A stretch of 64,000 nucleotides of DNA from Acidobacterium sp. Lineage in GTDB: Bacteria > Acidobacteriota > Vicinamibacteria > Vicinamibacterales > UBA2999. The notes below the pieces were generated by a model. It saw nothing but the letters and a program-made list of their open reading frames with translations, was not told the DNA's origin and searched no databases. This document shows positions 28,184-39,364 of the stretch, piece after piece (the first letter of the stretch is position 1; every line of letters begins with the position of its first letter). Location: the NCBI GenBank assembly GCA_002737365.1, contig NSIL01000015.1, positions 2,199 to 66,198 on the forward strand. Direction: 5' to 3'. Made by a program: the position numbers and the translations under genes.

Positions 28184-29040
28184 GACGCGCGATGCTCGCC
28201 GGCGCGACGTTCGAGCGCGGCAAAATCATCGGGCGGCAGCAGCACCGCACCGAGCGTGCTGCGTCTGGCGCGCGACTTCTCCACGGCATCCTGTGGAGCG
28301 GACCCGTGAAAATCTGAACCACCGCTCACGAGTATCCCCAGCCGCTGCGCCAGGCCGCGATATTGCTGCACGTCTTCGCCCTGGTGATCGGAGTGGTAGA
28401 TCTCGATGGCGTCGAGGCCGTGTTCGGCCAGCGGCCGAATCAGGTCATCGCGCTTCGTCACACCCGGATGGGCGAACGACGCGATGCCTCCCGCGGCATG
28501 AATCACGTCAACCACGTCGGCCGGACTTGGGCCGGTGCGTGGCACAAAGGCCGGCAGTCCCGTCGCCAGCCAACGTTCAAACGCATCCTGAACCGAGCTA
28601 ACGTGTCCGGCACTGACCAGCGCGCGCGCGATCTGCGGACGGCCGACCGACGTGCCGGGACGCAGGGCGGCGGTGCTCACGAGTGCTTCGACATCGACCG
28701 GCATCCCCAGCCGCTCAAGCCGGGCGCCAATCTCGCGGACGCGTGACACACGCTGCGCGCGCTGGCCTTCGAGGAACGCCAGCAGCGGCGCGCTGGCCGG
28801 GTTGAAGAAGTAGCCCAGCAGGTGGACGTCACGGCCATCGGCGACCGAGGTCACCTCGATGCCGGGCACGACCCGGATGCCGTGGCCGGCGGCCTCGACG
28901 CCCACCTCGGCGAGGGCGGCGACCGTGTCGTGATCGGTCACGCTCATGGTGGTGATGCCGGCGGCGGCGACGCGCGCCACCAGTTGCGCCGGTGACAAGC
29001 GGCCGTCAGAGGCGGTCGTATGGAGATGAAGGTCGATCAA
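28180..29040 (-). CDS. PHP-domain phosphoesterase (TrpH/YciV-like)
   Basis: IDLHLHTTASDG, TDHD, VHLLGY, AHP, GGSDFHG. Confidence 0.93.
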   Translation of the reverse strand: MIDLHLHTTASDGRLSPAQLVARVAAAGITTMSVTDHDTVAALAEVGVEAAGHGIRVVPGIEVTSVADGRDVHLLGYFFNPASAPLLAFLEGQRAQRVSRVREIGARLERLGMPVDVEALVSTAALRPGTSVGRPQIARALVSAGHVSSVQDAFERWLATGLPAFVPRTGPSPADVVDVIHAAGGIASFAHPGVTKRDDLIRPLAEHGLDAIEIYHSDHQGEDVQQYRGLAQRLGILVSGGSDFHGSAPQDAVEKSRARRSTLGAVLLPPDDFAALERRAGEHRAS

Positions 29041-30053
29041 CGGCTGGCGGTGCGCGGACGCGCCTTGGCGCGCCCGGCTTGAGGGCGCTTCGAGGCCGCC
29101 AGCGGCTTGTGGCCGGGGGCGCGCTGCCGCTTGACGAGGGCGCGATACTCGCGGATCAGCAACTCCAGGTGTTCGCGCTCTTCCTCAGCAAACTCCAGGA
29201 ACACCTGCTTGCCTTCGGAGTCCTCGAAGCGCTCGCCGTAGCGCTTGAAGAACCGGTGCGAGCCGCGCTCGCAGCGAATGCCGATGCGATAGGCCTCGAG
29301 GTCGTCGACGCCGTCGCGGCGCAATTGATCAGTACCCGCGGCAAACAGCCCGTTGGCCGCGCCCTTGAAGAACAGGAACGTCGGCCGCGATTCGAGCAAC
29401 GGGTCCTGCTTCAGCAAGGTTTCGTAGCGCGCCTCGAGCGTCTTCAGGTGGTGCACTTCTTCAGTGGCTAGTTTGCGGAAGACCTCGCGCGCCCGCGGGT
29501 CCTGCACCAGCTTGACGCCACGGCCGTAGAACTCCATCCCGCTACGCTCGGTGGCGATCGCAATGCGCAGTGCGTCACGCGCGAACAGCAGTGCGGAGTT
29601 TGAGGGCTCTTCGGGCGCCCGGCCGGTGCGGCACGATTCGCAGGTGCCGTAGACTTGGACCACGCTCTGGTGGGCGGTGAAGGCACGGGCCGCCGCGACT
29701 TCCTCGACCAGCGACTCGATGTCTGAGCTGAGGAATTCGTACGAGCGTTTGCAGGTCTTGCAGATCAGGTGAAAGTGCCGCGGATGACGGTACGAGTGCT
29801 CGAAGCGGAACCGGCCTTCGCCGAAGTCCACCTTGCGGGCAATGCCCGCCTCTTCCATCCACAGCAGGGTGCGATAGACCGTGGCGCGGCTGATGCGCTC
29901 GTCTTCGCGCTTGATCAGCACGACCAGATCGTCGGCACTCAAGTGTCCCTCCTGCTTGAGGAACACGTTGACGATCAGGTCGCGCTTGCTCGAACGCTTG
30001 GTCCCGGCGGGCCGCAGCCGATCGAGATCCGGAATGGCCGCCGTACTGGCCAT
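29037..30053 (-). CDS. Fur-family regulator fused to a rubrerythrin/ferritin-like diiron domain
   Basis: Fur part: HLSADD, SRATVYRTL, HFHLICKTC, GTCESC. C-terminal part: E...EEVHH and E...EEREH. Confidence 0.88.
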   Translation of the reverse strand: MASTAAIPDLDRLRPAGTKRSSKRDLIVNVFLKQEGHLSADDLVVLIKREDERISRATVYRTLLWMEEAGIARKVDFGEGRFRFEHSYRHPRHFHLICKTCKRSYEFLSSDIESLVEEVAAARAFTAHQSVVQVYGTCESCRTGRAPEEPSNSALLFARDALRIAIATERSGMEFYGRGVKLVQDPRAREVFRKLATEEVHHLKTLEARYETLLKQDPLLESRPTFLFFKGAANGLFAAGTDQLRRDGVDDLEAYRIGIRCERGSHRFFKRYGERFEDSEGKQVFLEFAEEEREHLELLIREYRALVKRQRAPGHKPLAASKRPQAGRAKARPRTASR

Positions 30054-30061
30054 GGCGCTCT

Positions 30062-30439
30062 CTAGGCAGAGAAGGACGAACCGCAGCCGCAGGTCGACGT
30101 CGCGTTGGGGTTCTTGATGGTGAAGCCGCCGCCCGTGATGGTGTCGACGAAGTCCACTTCGGCACCCTTCAGGTAGCTGACGCTGACCGGATCCACGAAC
30201 AGGCGCACGCCATTCGATTCGAACAGCTGATCGCCGACGCCGCCACCTTCTTCGATCATCAGGCCGTACTGGAAGCCCGAGCAGCCACCGCCCTGAACGA
30301 AGACGCGCAAACCGCTCTCCAGCTTGCCTTCTTCGGACAGCAGTTCGCGGATCTTGCCGGCCGCCGATTCGGTGACCGTAATCATCGGGTCGGTCATCGG
30401 GGGCATGGATGGCGTGGGAGTCTGAGTTTCAGTCTGCAT
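30062..30439 (-). CDS. erpA: A-type Fe-S carrier protein (ErpA/IscA/HesB)
   Basis: GGGCSGFQY and [14 protein letters not shown]. Confidence 0.92.
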   Translation of the reverse strand: MQTETQTPTPSMPPMTDPMITVTESAAGKIRELLSEEGKLESGLRVFVQGGGCSGFQYGLMIEEGGGVGDQLFESNGVRLFVDPVSVSYLKGAEVDFVDTITGGGFTIKNPNATSTCGCGSSFSA

Positions 30440-30487
30440 GTCGATACGCCTCTTGATGGGAATACTTTAGGCGTAGATTCTATCAGA

Positions 30488-32038
<1,551 letters not shown>

Positions 32039-32139
32039 GGCAAAGAGTGTAGCGATATTTTGCCCGTCCGCCGTAGCGCCCCGCGTGGAGGCGGATCGTC
32101 CTCTAAACCTTGGCCGGGGCGCCCTCTGTCTAACGCAGC

Positions 32140-32684
32140 GTGAAGCACTCCCTTCGCCGCCTGTTCAAAAGCCCGGCGTTCGCCCTGACCGCGATCCTGA
32201 CCGTGGGTGTGGCCATCGGTGCCAACGCCCTGATCTTCAGCGTCGTCAACGGCATCATCCTCAAGCCGCTGCCCTACCCCGAACCGGCCGCTCTCGTCGG
32301 CGTGTGGCTCGTGGCTCCCGGCTTCCTCACCGAAGTGCAGCAGGCGGTCTGGAGCGTACATCCGAACCTGCCACTCGCCCGTGTCCGCCCGCTGGCGCAG
32401 ATGGCCGACGAGTCGATGGCCCAGGCCTCGTTCGTGCTCGTGATTCTCGGCATCCGGATGGCCGCGGGACTGCGCTGGCCAGCGTCGGCTTGGTAGTCGG
32501 GCTGGTTTTGGCATCGTTGCCGATGCGCCTGCTGAGCTCACTGCTGTTCAGCGTGAGCCCCTTCGACCCACTCACCTACGCCGTCGTCGTCTCGGCGCTG
32601 GGACTGGTCGTGCTGGTCGCCACGTGGATTCCAGCCCGCCACGCCACCACAGTCGATCCGATGTCGGCGCTCGGCGCGGATTGA
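32140..32684 (+). pseudogene. ADOP-type duplicated ABC permease, collapsed by internal deletions
   Basis: N-terminus LRRLFKSPAFAL...LPYPEP fused in frame to the late segment FLTEVQQAVWSV...LGIRMA, then a frameshift to the C-terminus PFDPLTY...WIPARHATTVDPMSAL. About 180 codons remain of a family that is normally about 800 aa. Confidence 0.8.
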
Positions 32685-32698
32685 GAGATGATGGGGGC

Positions 32699-33340
32699 GT
32701 GCAGCGCGTCCTCGTCCTAGCGGTGCTGGTACTGACGGCCACCCCAGCGGGGGCACAAAGCGGCAGTCACAGTCGCCTGTTCCCTCCTTCTGACCTCGGC
32801 CTGCTCGAAGCTCCTGACCGCGATCTGTGGCAGCGACCCGATCAGGTCATGGACGCCCTGGGCATCGCCGACGCCTCGGTGGTGGCCGACATCGGCGCCG
32901 GCAGCGGCTGGTTCACCATCCGCCTGGCGCGGCGAGTGGGTCCACAGGGCCTGGTCTACGCCGAAGACGTGCAGCCCGAAATGATCAACGCCATCACGCG
33001 GCGGGTGCAGCGTGAAGGACTGACCAACGTGCGGGCCGTGCGCGGACAGAACAGCGACCCGCGGTTGCCGCCCGGCTCGCTCGACGCGATCCTCGTCGTC
33101 GACGCGTATCACGAGGTCGAGGATCGCGTGACGATGCTGACCAACCTCGCCCTTGCGCTGAAGCCGCAAGGGCGGATCGGGGTGGTCGACTTCAAGTTGG
33201 ATGGCACCGGGCCAGGGCCGGCACCCGAAGAACGCGTCAGCCCGGATGTGGTGGTGAAGGACGCGGCGAAGGCTGGTCTCCGGCTGGTGCGCCAGGAGCC
33301 TTTTCTGCATTACCAGTACTTACTGATCTTTGGGAAGTGA
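32699..33340 (+). CDS. secreted class I SAM-dependent methyltransferase
   Basis: VADIGAGSG, VYAEDV, DAYHE, LKPQGR; signal peptide. Confidence 0.88.
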   Translation: MQRVLVLAVLVLTATPAGAQSGSHSRLFPPSDLGLLEAPDRDLWQRPDQVMDALGIADASVVADIGAGSGWFTIRLARRVGPQGLVYAEDVQPEMINAITRRVQREGLTNVRAVRGQNSDPRLPPGSLDAILVVDAYHEVEDRVTMLTNLALALKPQGRIGVVDFKLDGTGPGPAPEERVSPDVVVKDAAKAGLRLVRQEPFLHYQYLLIFGK

Positions 33341-33940
33341 GAGAAACTTCCACGCGCTCGGCAGCACCAGGCCGGCCGCGACGATCTTGATCACATCGAC
33401 CATCACGAAGGGATAGAGTCCGGTGGCCAACGCCGTCGTCGTGCCGACGACATTCGCCAGCCACAACACGCCACCCGCGAAGATCACCGTCAGGCCCACG
33501 GCCATTGCCAGGAACGACGTCAGGTAACGGCGGTCGAGCCCGCGTTCGGCGAGCAGGCCGGTCACGAACGCCGCCAGCGGATACGCCATCAGGTACCCAC
33601 CCGTCGGCCCCATCAAGCGCAGGAAGCCTTGTGGCAGTTCGGGCGAGAACGCAAACACCGGCAGGCCGGCGAGGCCAAGCGTGAGATAAAGGAGCTGGCT
33701 GAGGGCACCCAACCGGGACCCGAGAGCCGCCGCGCCAATCAGCACGATCATCGGCTGGATGGTGAACGGCACGGGCGTGAACGGCAGCGGGAAACTGAGC
33801 TGCGCCGCCGCGGCCGTGAGCACGGCCACGAACCCGACCGACAGCACTCGAACGCTGGTCCACACATTAGCGGAGCCCGCGCGCATGCTGACCTGATCGA
33901 GAATCGTGGAGGCATGCGAGACGATGGGGCGTGATGTCAT
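33320..33940 (-). CDS. bioY: biotin transporter BioY
   Basis: TPVPFTIQ, GLPVFA, GPTGGYL. Confidence 0.92.
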   Translation of the reverse strand: MTSRPIVSHASTILDQVSMRAGSANVWTSVRVLSVGFVAVLTAAAAQLSFPLPFTPVPFTIQPMIVLIGAAALGSRLGALSQLLYLTLGLAGLPVFAFSPELPQGFLRLMGPTGGYLMAYPLAAFVTGLLAERGLDRRYLTSFLAMAVGLTVIFAGGVLWLANVVGTTTALATGLYPFVMVDVIKIVAAGLVLPSAWKFLSLPKDQ

Positions 33941-33983
33941 GACAAGGAATTCTACTGGCTTGCCCAGAGCGGAGTCGAGGGGT

Positions 33984-34772
33984 ATGCCTGCCGCCCTGAC
34001 AATCGCCGGCTCCGATTCCGGGGCCGGCGCCGGTATTCAGGCCGATTTGAAGACATTTGCGGCACACGGCGTCTACGGGACCTCGGCGATCACCGCCCTG
34101 ACCGCCCAGAACACGCTTGGCGTCAGCGGCATCCACGTCGTGCCTGATGACTTCGTCACGGCCCAGATCGAAGCGGTGGCCGGTGACATCGGTTGCGATG
34201 CCGTCAAGACCGGCATGCTGGCGACGGCGCAAATCGTCGAAGCGGTGGCCGCGGCAGTCGAATCGTTCGACCTGCCGAACCTGGTGGTCGATCCGGTGAT
34301 GGTCGCCAAGAGCGGCGACCACCTGCTGGACGAGGAAGCCGTGCACGCCGTCCGCTGGACGCTGCTGCGCCTGGCCCGTGTCGTCACGCCCAACATCCCC
34401 GAGGCGGAAGTCCTTGCCAGGATGACGATCCGATCGGTGGAGGACATGCGCGAAGCCGCGCGCCGCATCGCCACCTTCAAGCCTGCCGCGGTCGTGATCA
34501 AGGGCGGCCACCTGGCCGGGCCTGACATCGTCGATGTGCTGCTTGAGAAGGGCGAGTTCCACGAGTTTGTCGGTCCCCGCATCGAGGGACCCAACACCCA
34601 CGGTACTGGTTGCACGTTCGCGGCGGCCATTGCCGCGCACCTGGCAAAGGGCGCAAGCCTGGTGGATGCGGTGCGCGACGCCAAGGCCTACGTCGCGGGC
34701 GCCATGTACCCCGGCATTCCCCTGGGCGGCGGCCACCGACCACTCAATCACTTCTGGCGCGTCATTTCCTGA
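33984..34772 (+). CDS. thiD: hydroxymethylpyrimidine/phosphomethylpyrimidine kinase
   Basis: TIAGSDSGAGAGIQADLK, VDPVM, TPNIPE, KGGH, HGTGCT. Confidence 0.95.
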   Translation: MPAALTIAGSDSGAGAGIQADLKTFAAHGVYGTSAITALTAQNTLGVSGIHVVPDDFVTAQIEAVAGDIGCDAVKTGMLATAQIVEAVAAAVESFDLPNLVVDPVMVAKSGDHLLDEEAVHAVRWTLLRLARVVTPNIPEAEVLARMTIRSVEDMREAARRIATFKPAAVVIKGGHLAGPDIVDVLLEKGEFHEFVGPRIEGPNTHGTGCTFAAAIAAHLAKGASLVDAVRDAKAYVAGAMYPGIPLGGGHRPLNHFWRVIS

Positions 34773-34819
34773 TGGCGGACCCCGGATCCCGGATCCCGTC
34801 GGTATACTAACTAGCTGAC

Positions 34820-35293
34820 ATGGTCTCGCTGACCGCGATCACAACGACGATGCTCGACACCGGGGCCCTGGTGCGCGCGCTCGACACCACCGGCATTGGC
34901 GCGGTGACGACGTTCATCGGGTTGGTGCGCGATCACAACCTGGGTCGCCGGGTGCTGCACCTGGAATACGAGGCTTACGAAGCGCTCGCGGTGAAGGGCC
35001 TCGATCGGATCGTCAGCGAATCGCTCGAGCAGTGGCCGTCGGTGAGGATCGCCATTCACCACCGCATTGGCCGGATGGAGATTGGCGACGCCAGCGTGGC
35101 CATTGCCGCGGCCTCGCCGCACCGCGGCGAGGCGTTTGCCGCGTCGCGGTATGCAATCGAGCGGATCAAGCAGATCGTGCCGATCTGGAAGCACGAGTAC
35201 TTTGAGGGCGGCGACGTGTGGATTGAAGGCGCGACCGCTGACCCCGACAACACCGAGGCGCGCGCGCAGGCGCTGAAGATCGCATGCGCGTAA
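34820..35293 (+). CDS. moaE: molybdopterin synthase catalytic subunit
   Basis: GAVTTFIGLVR, LEYEAY, HRIG, PIWKHE. Confidence 0.93.
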   Translation: MVSLTAITTTMLDTGALVRALDTTGIGAVTTFIGLVRDHNLGRRVLHLEYEAYEALAVKGLDRIVSESLEQWPSVRIAIHHRIGRMEIGDASVAIAAASPHRGEAFAASRYAIERIKQIVPIWKHEYFEGGDVWIEGATADPDNTEARAQALKIACA

Positions 35294-35529
35294 CCGTTCG
35301 CTTGTTCGCCCGGCTGCGCGACCTCGTCGGCACCGGCGAGCTGCAGCGCGACGCCCCGGGCGGCGCTACCGTCGGTGCCGTATGGGCGGGACTGGTCGCG
35401 GAGTACCCGGAGCTGTCGCCGTACGAGAAGTCGATTTCGTGCGCGGTCAACGCCGACTATTCGCGATTCACGGCGGCGGTCGCCGACGGCGACGAGGTGG
35501 CGTTTTTGCCACCGGTCTCCGGCGGCTAG
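35284..35529 (+). CDS. moaD: molybdopterin synthase sulfur carrier
   Basis: LFARLRD...DGDEVAFLPPVSGG with C-terminal GG. Confidence 0.93.
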   Translation: MRVTVRLFARLRDLVGTGELQRDAPGGATVGAVWAGLVAEYPELSPYEKSISCAVNADYSRFTAAVADGDEVAFLPPVSGG

Positions 35530-35558
35530 AGAAGTATTCGTGATCAAGGAGTGCGTGT

Positions 35559-36635
35559 TTGTTCGACAAGCTCGAAACCGTTGAAGGCAAATACGAAGAG
35601 CTGATGGCCTCGCTCGGCACCACTGCCGTGCAGAGTGACGCCAACGAGTTCCGCAAGCAGTCGAAGGCGCTCGCGGAAATCGAAGACCTCGTCCAGACCT
35701 ATCGTGAGTTCAAGGCGGTGTCGCAGGACATCGCCAGCACCGAGGAGATGACCAAAGGTGGCGATCCCGAAATGCGCGACCTCGCGCTCGAGGAGCTGAA
35801 CGACCTCAACGTCCGGAAGGAACGGCTGTCGGATCAGATCAAGATCCTGCTGGTACCCAAGGACCCCAACGACGATCGCAACGTGATGGTCGAAATCCGC
35901 GCCGGCACCGGCGGTGAGGAAGCGGCGCTGTTCGCCAGTGAACTCTATCGTGCCTACGTCCGCTATGCCGAGCGGCAGCGCTGGAAGGTCGAATTGATGT
36001 CGCTCAGCGAAGCCGACAAGGGCGGCGTCAAGGACGTGGTCGTCGCGATCGAAGGCAAGGGCGCGTACAGCAAGTTGAAGTACGAAAGCGGTGTGCACCG
36101 CGTGCAACGCGTGCCGGCCACCGAGTCCGCCGGCCGCATCCACACTTCGGCGGCGACCGTCGCGGTGCTGCCTGAAGCTGACGAAGTGGACATCGTGATC
36201 CAAGAGAAGGACATCCGGATCGACACGTTCTGCTCGAGCGGCCCGGGCGGCCAGAGCGTGAACACCACCTACTCGGCCGTGCGCATTACCCACATTCCCA
36301 CCGGAACGGTCGTCTCGCAGCAGGACGAAAAGTCACAGGTGAAGAATCGCGCCAAGGCGATGAAGGTGCTGCGCAGCCGGCTTTACGACGCCGAGATGCA
36401 GAAGCAGCACGACGCCATTGCCAAGGATCGCAAGAGCCAGGTCGGTACCGGCGATCGCTCCGAGAAGGTTCGCACGTATAACTTCCCTCAGAGCCGTGTC
36501 ACCGATCATCGGATCAACTTCACGTCTCATCAGTTGCATAGCGTCATGGATGGACACCTCGATGAGCTGATCGACGCGCTCAGCACCTATTACACCGCCG
36601 AGAAACTGCGCGAAGTCACCCAGTCGGGCCAGTGA
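35559..36635 (+). CDS. prfA: peptide chain release factor 1
   Basis: PAT recognition motif, GPGGQSVN. Confidence 0.96.
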   Translation: MFDKLETVEGKYEELMASLGTTAVQSDANEFRKQSKALAEIEDLVQTYREFKAVSQDIASTEEMTKGGDPEMRDLALEELNDLNVRKERLSDQIKILLVPKDPNDDRNVMVEIRAGTGGEEAALFASELYRAYVRYAERQRWKVELMSLSEADKGGVKDVVVAIEGKGAYSKLKYESGVHRVQRVPATESAGRIHTSAATVAVLPEADEVDIVIQEKDIRIDTFCSSGPGGQSVNTTYSAVRITHIPTGTVVSQQDEKSQVKNRAKAMKVLRSRLYDAEMQKQHDAIAKDRKSQVGTGDRSEKVRTYNFPQSRVTDHRINFTSHQLHSVMDGHLDELIDALSTYYTAEKLREVTQSGQ

Positions 36636-37483
36636 CGCTGCGTCAACACCTCACCGCCGCCAAGGCCCGGCTCGTCGGCGCCGGTCTCGAGCCGCCCGAG
36701 GCGGCGCGCGACGTCCTCTACCTGGCCATGCACGTCCTGGACTGGGACCGCGCCACCGTGCATGCGCGTGACCTCGACCCTCCGCCTGACGAGTTCGCGG
36801 TCGCCTACGACGCCGCGATCGAGCGGCGGACGCAGCGCGAGCCCGTGGCCCACATCACCGGGGTGCAGGAGTTCTGGAGCCGCGACTTCGCCGTGTCACC
36901 GGCGGTGCTCATTCCCCGGCCGGAGACGGAGCTCATCATCGAAGAGGCGATGTCGATGGCGTTCGTGACGGTCGCCGACATCGGCACCGGCAGCGGCTGC
37001 CTGGCGGTCACGATCGCAGCGGAATTCCCGCGCGCGCGAATCGTCGCCACCGATATCTCGGCGCCGGCGCTGGCGGTGGCACGCGCTAATGCGCAGCGGC
37101 ATGATGTCGCAGGTCGCATCGAGTTCAAGGAGACGCGCTATCTCGACGGCATCGCAGGCCCGTTCGACCTGATCGTCTCGAACCCGCCATATGTCACGGA
37201 TCGAGAGTACGAAACCCTCGCGCCAGAGGTCCGCGAGGCGGAGCCGCGCTCGGCACTCACCGCTGGGGCCGACGGCCTCGACGACATCCGGCAGGTGCTG
37301 CAATGCGCCGCCACGATGCTCGCGCCTGGGGGCCGCCTGTTGCTGGAGATGGGGCATCAACAGGCCGAGGCGGTGACGGACCTCGTGGGTTCTGATCGAC
37401 AGCTGCAGCTCATCGCCATCCGCAGCGACCTCCAGCGGATTCCCCGCATGGCCATCATCGAGCGTAGAATCGGCGAACCATGA
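36632..37483 (+). CDS. prmC: release factor glutamine methyltransferase
   Basis: LIPRPETE, DIGTGSG, SNPPY. Confidence 0.95.
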   Translation: MTLRQHLTAAKARLVGAGLEPPEAARDVLYLAMHVLDWDRATVHARDLDPPPDEFAVAYDAAIERRTQREPVAHITGVQEFWSRDFAVSPAVLIPRPETELIIEEAMSMAFVTVADIGTGSGCLAVTIAAEFPRARIVATDISAPALAVARANAQRHDVAGRIEFKETRYLDGIAGPFDLIVSNPPYVTDREYETLAPEVREAEPRSALTAGADGLDDIRQVLQCAATMLAPGGRLLLEMGHQQAEAVTDLVGSDRQLQLIAIRSDLQRIPRMAIIERRIGEP

Positions 37484-37821
37484 GCTGCCTGTTCTGCAAG
37501 ATCATCGCGGGCGAAGTCCCCGCCGCCAAGGTCTACGAAGACGATCAGCTAATCGCCTTCAACGACATCAACCCGCAAGCGCCCATGCACCTGTTAGTCG
37601 TGCCCAAGCGCCATGTCGCGACGCTGAACGACCTGTCGGCCGCAGACGATGGACTGGTGGGTGCAATGGTGAGGCGCGCGGCGGCGATCGCGAAAGAGAA
37701 GGGTCATGACGGTCCAGGCTATCGAACCGTCTTCAATTGCAATGCGCAGGCCGGCCAGACGGTGTTCCACATCCACTTGCATGTCCTCGGTGGACGCACC
37801 ATGACCTGGCCGCCCGGCTAG
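37480..37821 (+). CDS. histidine triad nucleotide-binding protein
   Basis: CLFCKI, GQTVFHIHLH, WPPG. Confidence 0.94.
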   Translation: MSCLFCKIIAGEVPAAKVYEDDQLIAFNDINPQAPMHLLVVPKRHVATLNDLSAADDGLVGAMVRRAAAIAKEKGHDGPGYRTVFNCNAQAGQTVFHIHLHVLGGRTMTWPPG

Positions 37822-37829
37822 TCGAGCGG

Positions 37830-38669
37830 TCAGTCTTTCAGGGCCAGTAGGTAACGGCCGAATCCCGCGTCTCGCTGCAGCACGAAATCCACTGCGCGAT
37901 AGCCCTGCGTGAAGTAGGCCTGGAACATCTGGCGCACATGCAGCCGCCACTGCAGCGCCCGCTCCGGCGCCTGCTGTTGCATCTGCGTAAAGCCCGTCGG
38001 GATCTCGATCCACAGCCGGCGTTCGCTGACGGTGAGGTCAAGGCTCTTCACCACCCGCCACTCCCCGTCGATGGCCGTGACGTTCGCCACCGGCGCCTCT
38101 CCTACCTCATGAGACCGCACCAGCAGGCTCGGGGTTTGATCCAGCCGCCTGATCACGTGCGGCTCCCCAATCCGCCAACTGACGATCAGGCGATCGGTGG
38201 GGGTGCCCCGATGCAGCGCACTGGTGGACTCACCATAGAAATTCTCGGCGTACTCCTCGACCACTCCGCCCAGCTTGGTAAAGTTGAGGTGCGCGTTCAT
38301 GGCCTGCATGGGGTCGAAGGTCCACTCGATCAACTCGTAGCCCTGCGCCAGCGCCCGTGCCCGTTGTTCGAGCTTCAGCCGATAGCCCAGCCCGCCGCGA
38401 TAGTCGGGCAGCACGCCGGTCATGTGCGACCACAACATGGGGCGGCCGTCCTTCATGCCGACCACGGCATAGGCAAAGCCGACCATGCGGTCGTCGGCGT
38501 CGAAGGCACCAATCAAGGTGGCGCCGCGTTTCACGGTGAAGATGAACACCGGCACGGTGACGGTGTCGGCGCTGTCGGTGTAGCCCCACACGGCGTGCTC
38601 AAGGTCCACGACCCGGCGGAAGTCGTCGATGGTCTTGAGGTCTCGAATGCGAATGTCAGTCATCGGCAT
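37830..38669 (-). CDS. GNAT-family N-acyltransferase
   Basis: SHMTGV, LKLEQR, WTFDP...NAHLN, TDRL. Confidence 0.85.
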   Translation of the reverse strand: MPMTDIRIRDLKTIDDFRRVVDLEHAVWGYTDSADTVTVPVFIFTVKRGATLIGAFDADDRMVGFAYAVVGMKDGRPMLWSHMTGVLPDYRGGLGYRLKLEQRARALAQGYELIEWTFDPMQAMNAHLNFTKLGGVVEEYAENFYGESTSALHRGTPTDRLIVSWRIGEPHVIRRLDQTPSLLVRSHEVGEAPVANVTAIDGEWRVVKSLDLTVSERRLWIEIPTGFTQMQQQAPERALQWRLHVRQMFQAYFTQGYRAVDFVLQRDAGFGRYLLALKD

Positions 38670-39364
38670 CACAGTAATTTTTCGAGCTGTGTCAGGGTCT
38701 GAATCACCGGCACGCCAGGTGGCAGGTTCGCCGGGACTTCACCGGAGCGGCGCAACAGCACGGCCTGCATGCCGGCCTTGAGCGCGCCCTCGACGTCGTG
38801 CTTCAGGCTGTCGCCGACCATCATCGACTCGGCCGCCCGGACACCGGCACGCTCGAGCGCCGCGTCGAAGATGCTGCGATGCGGCTTCAGGTAGCCGTGT
38901 TCCGCCGACGACACCGAGACGTGGATCAACCCCGTCAGCGAGAAGTGGTCGCGAAAGGCGTCGAGACTCCGGTGTGAGTTCGAGATCACTCCCACTGTCA
39001 GGCCTCGTGCCTGCAACCCCCTCAACACCGGCTCGGCATCGTCGTAGATCTCGAAGTGATGGTTCACGGCCCACTGCTCGTAGATCTGCCGCGCCACTTC
39101 GACGACATGGGGGCCGCGCCCGCCCATGTGTTCAATGATCGAGGCGGTGTAGTGCACGAATAGATCGTGGTTGTAGATCTGCTCTTCGACTTCGTCCAGG
39201 ATGAACGAGGAGGCCGCGGTGGCGTGATCGAAGCGAGCAGGGTCGACCTCGATGTCCATCGCCAGGCAGGCGCGACGATAACCCTCAGCCTGGAACGTCG
39301 GCCCGGGATAGATCAACGTGAAGTCGACGTCGAAGAACACGGCTCGTATTTGATCTGTGTTCAT
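38669..39364 (-). CDS. HAD-superfamily hydrolase
   Basis: FDVDFTL, VISN, KPH, VGDSLKHD. ATGA overlap with the upstream stop. Confidence 0.9.
   Translation of the reverse strand: MNTDQIRAVFFDVDFTLIYPGPTFQAEGYRRACLAMDIEVDPARFDHATAASSFILDEVEEQIYNHDLFVHYTASIIEHMGGRGPHVVEVARQIYEQWAVNHHFEIYDDAEPVLRGLQARGLTVGVISNSHRSLDAFRDHFSLTGLIHVSVSSAEHGYLKPHRSIFDAALERAGVRAAESMMVGDSLKHDVEGALKAGMQAVLLRRSGEVPANLPPGVPVIQTLTQLEKLL

Noticed and set aside
30062-30439. Possible selenoprotein (HesB-like) near selC
   Set aside because: All three conserved positions are Cys codons, with no in-frame UGA.
33941-34819. TPP or Moco riboswitch before thiD/moaE
   Set aside because: The spacers are under 50 nt and lack the conserved aptamer cores.
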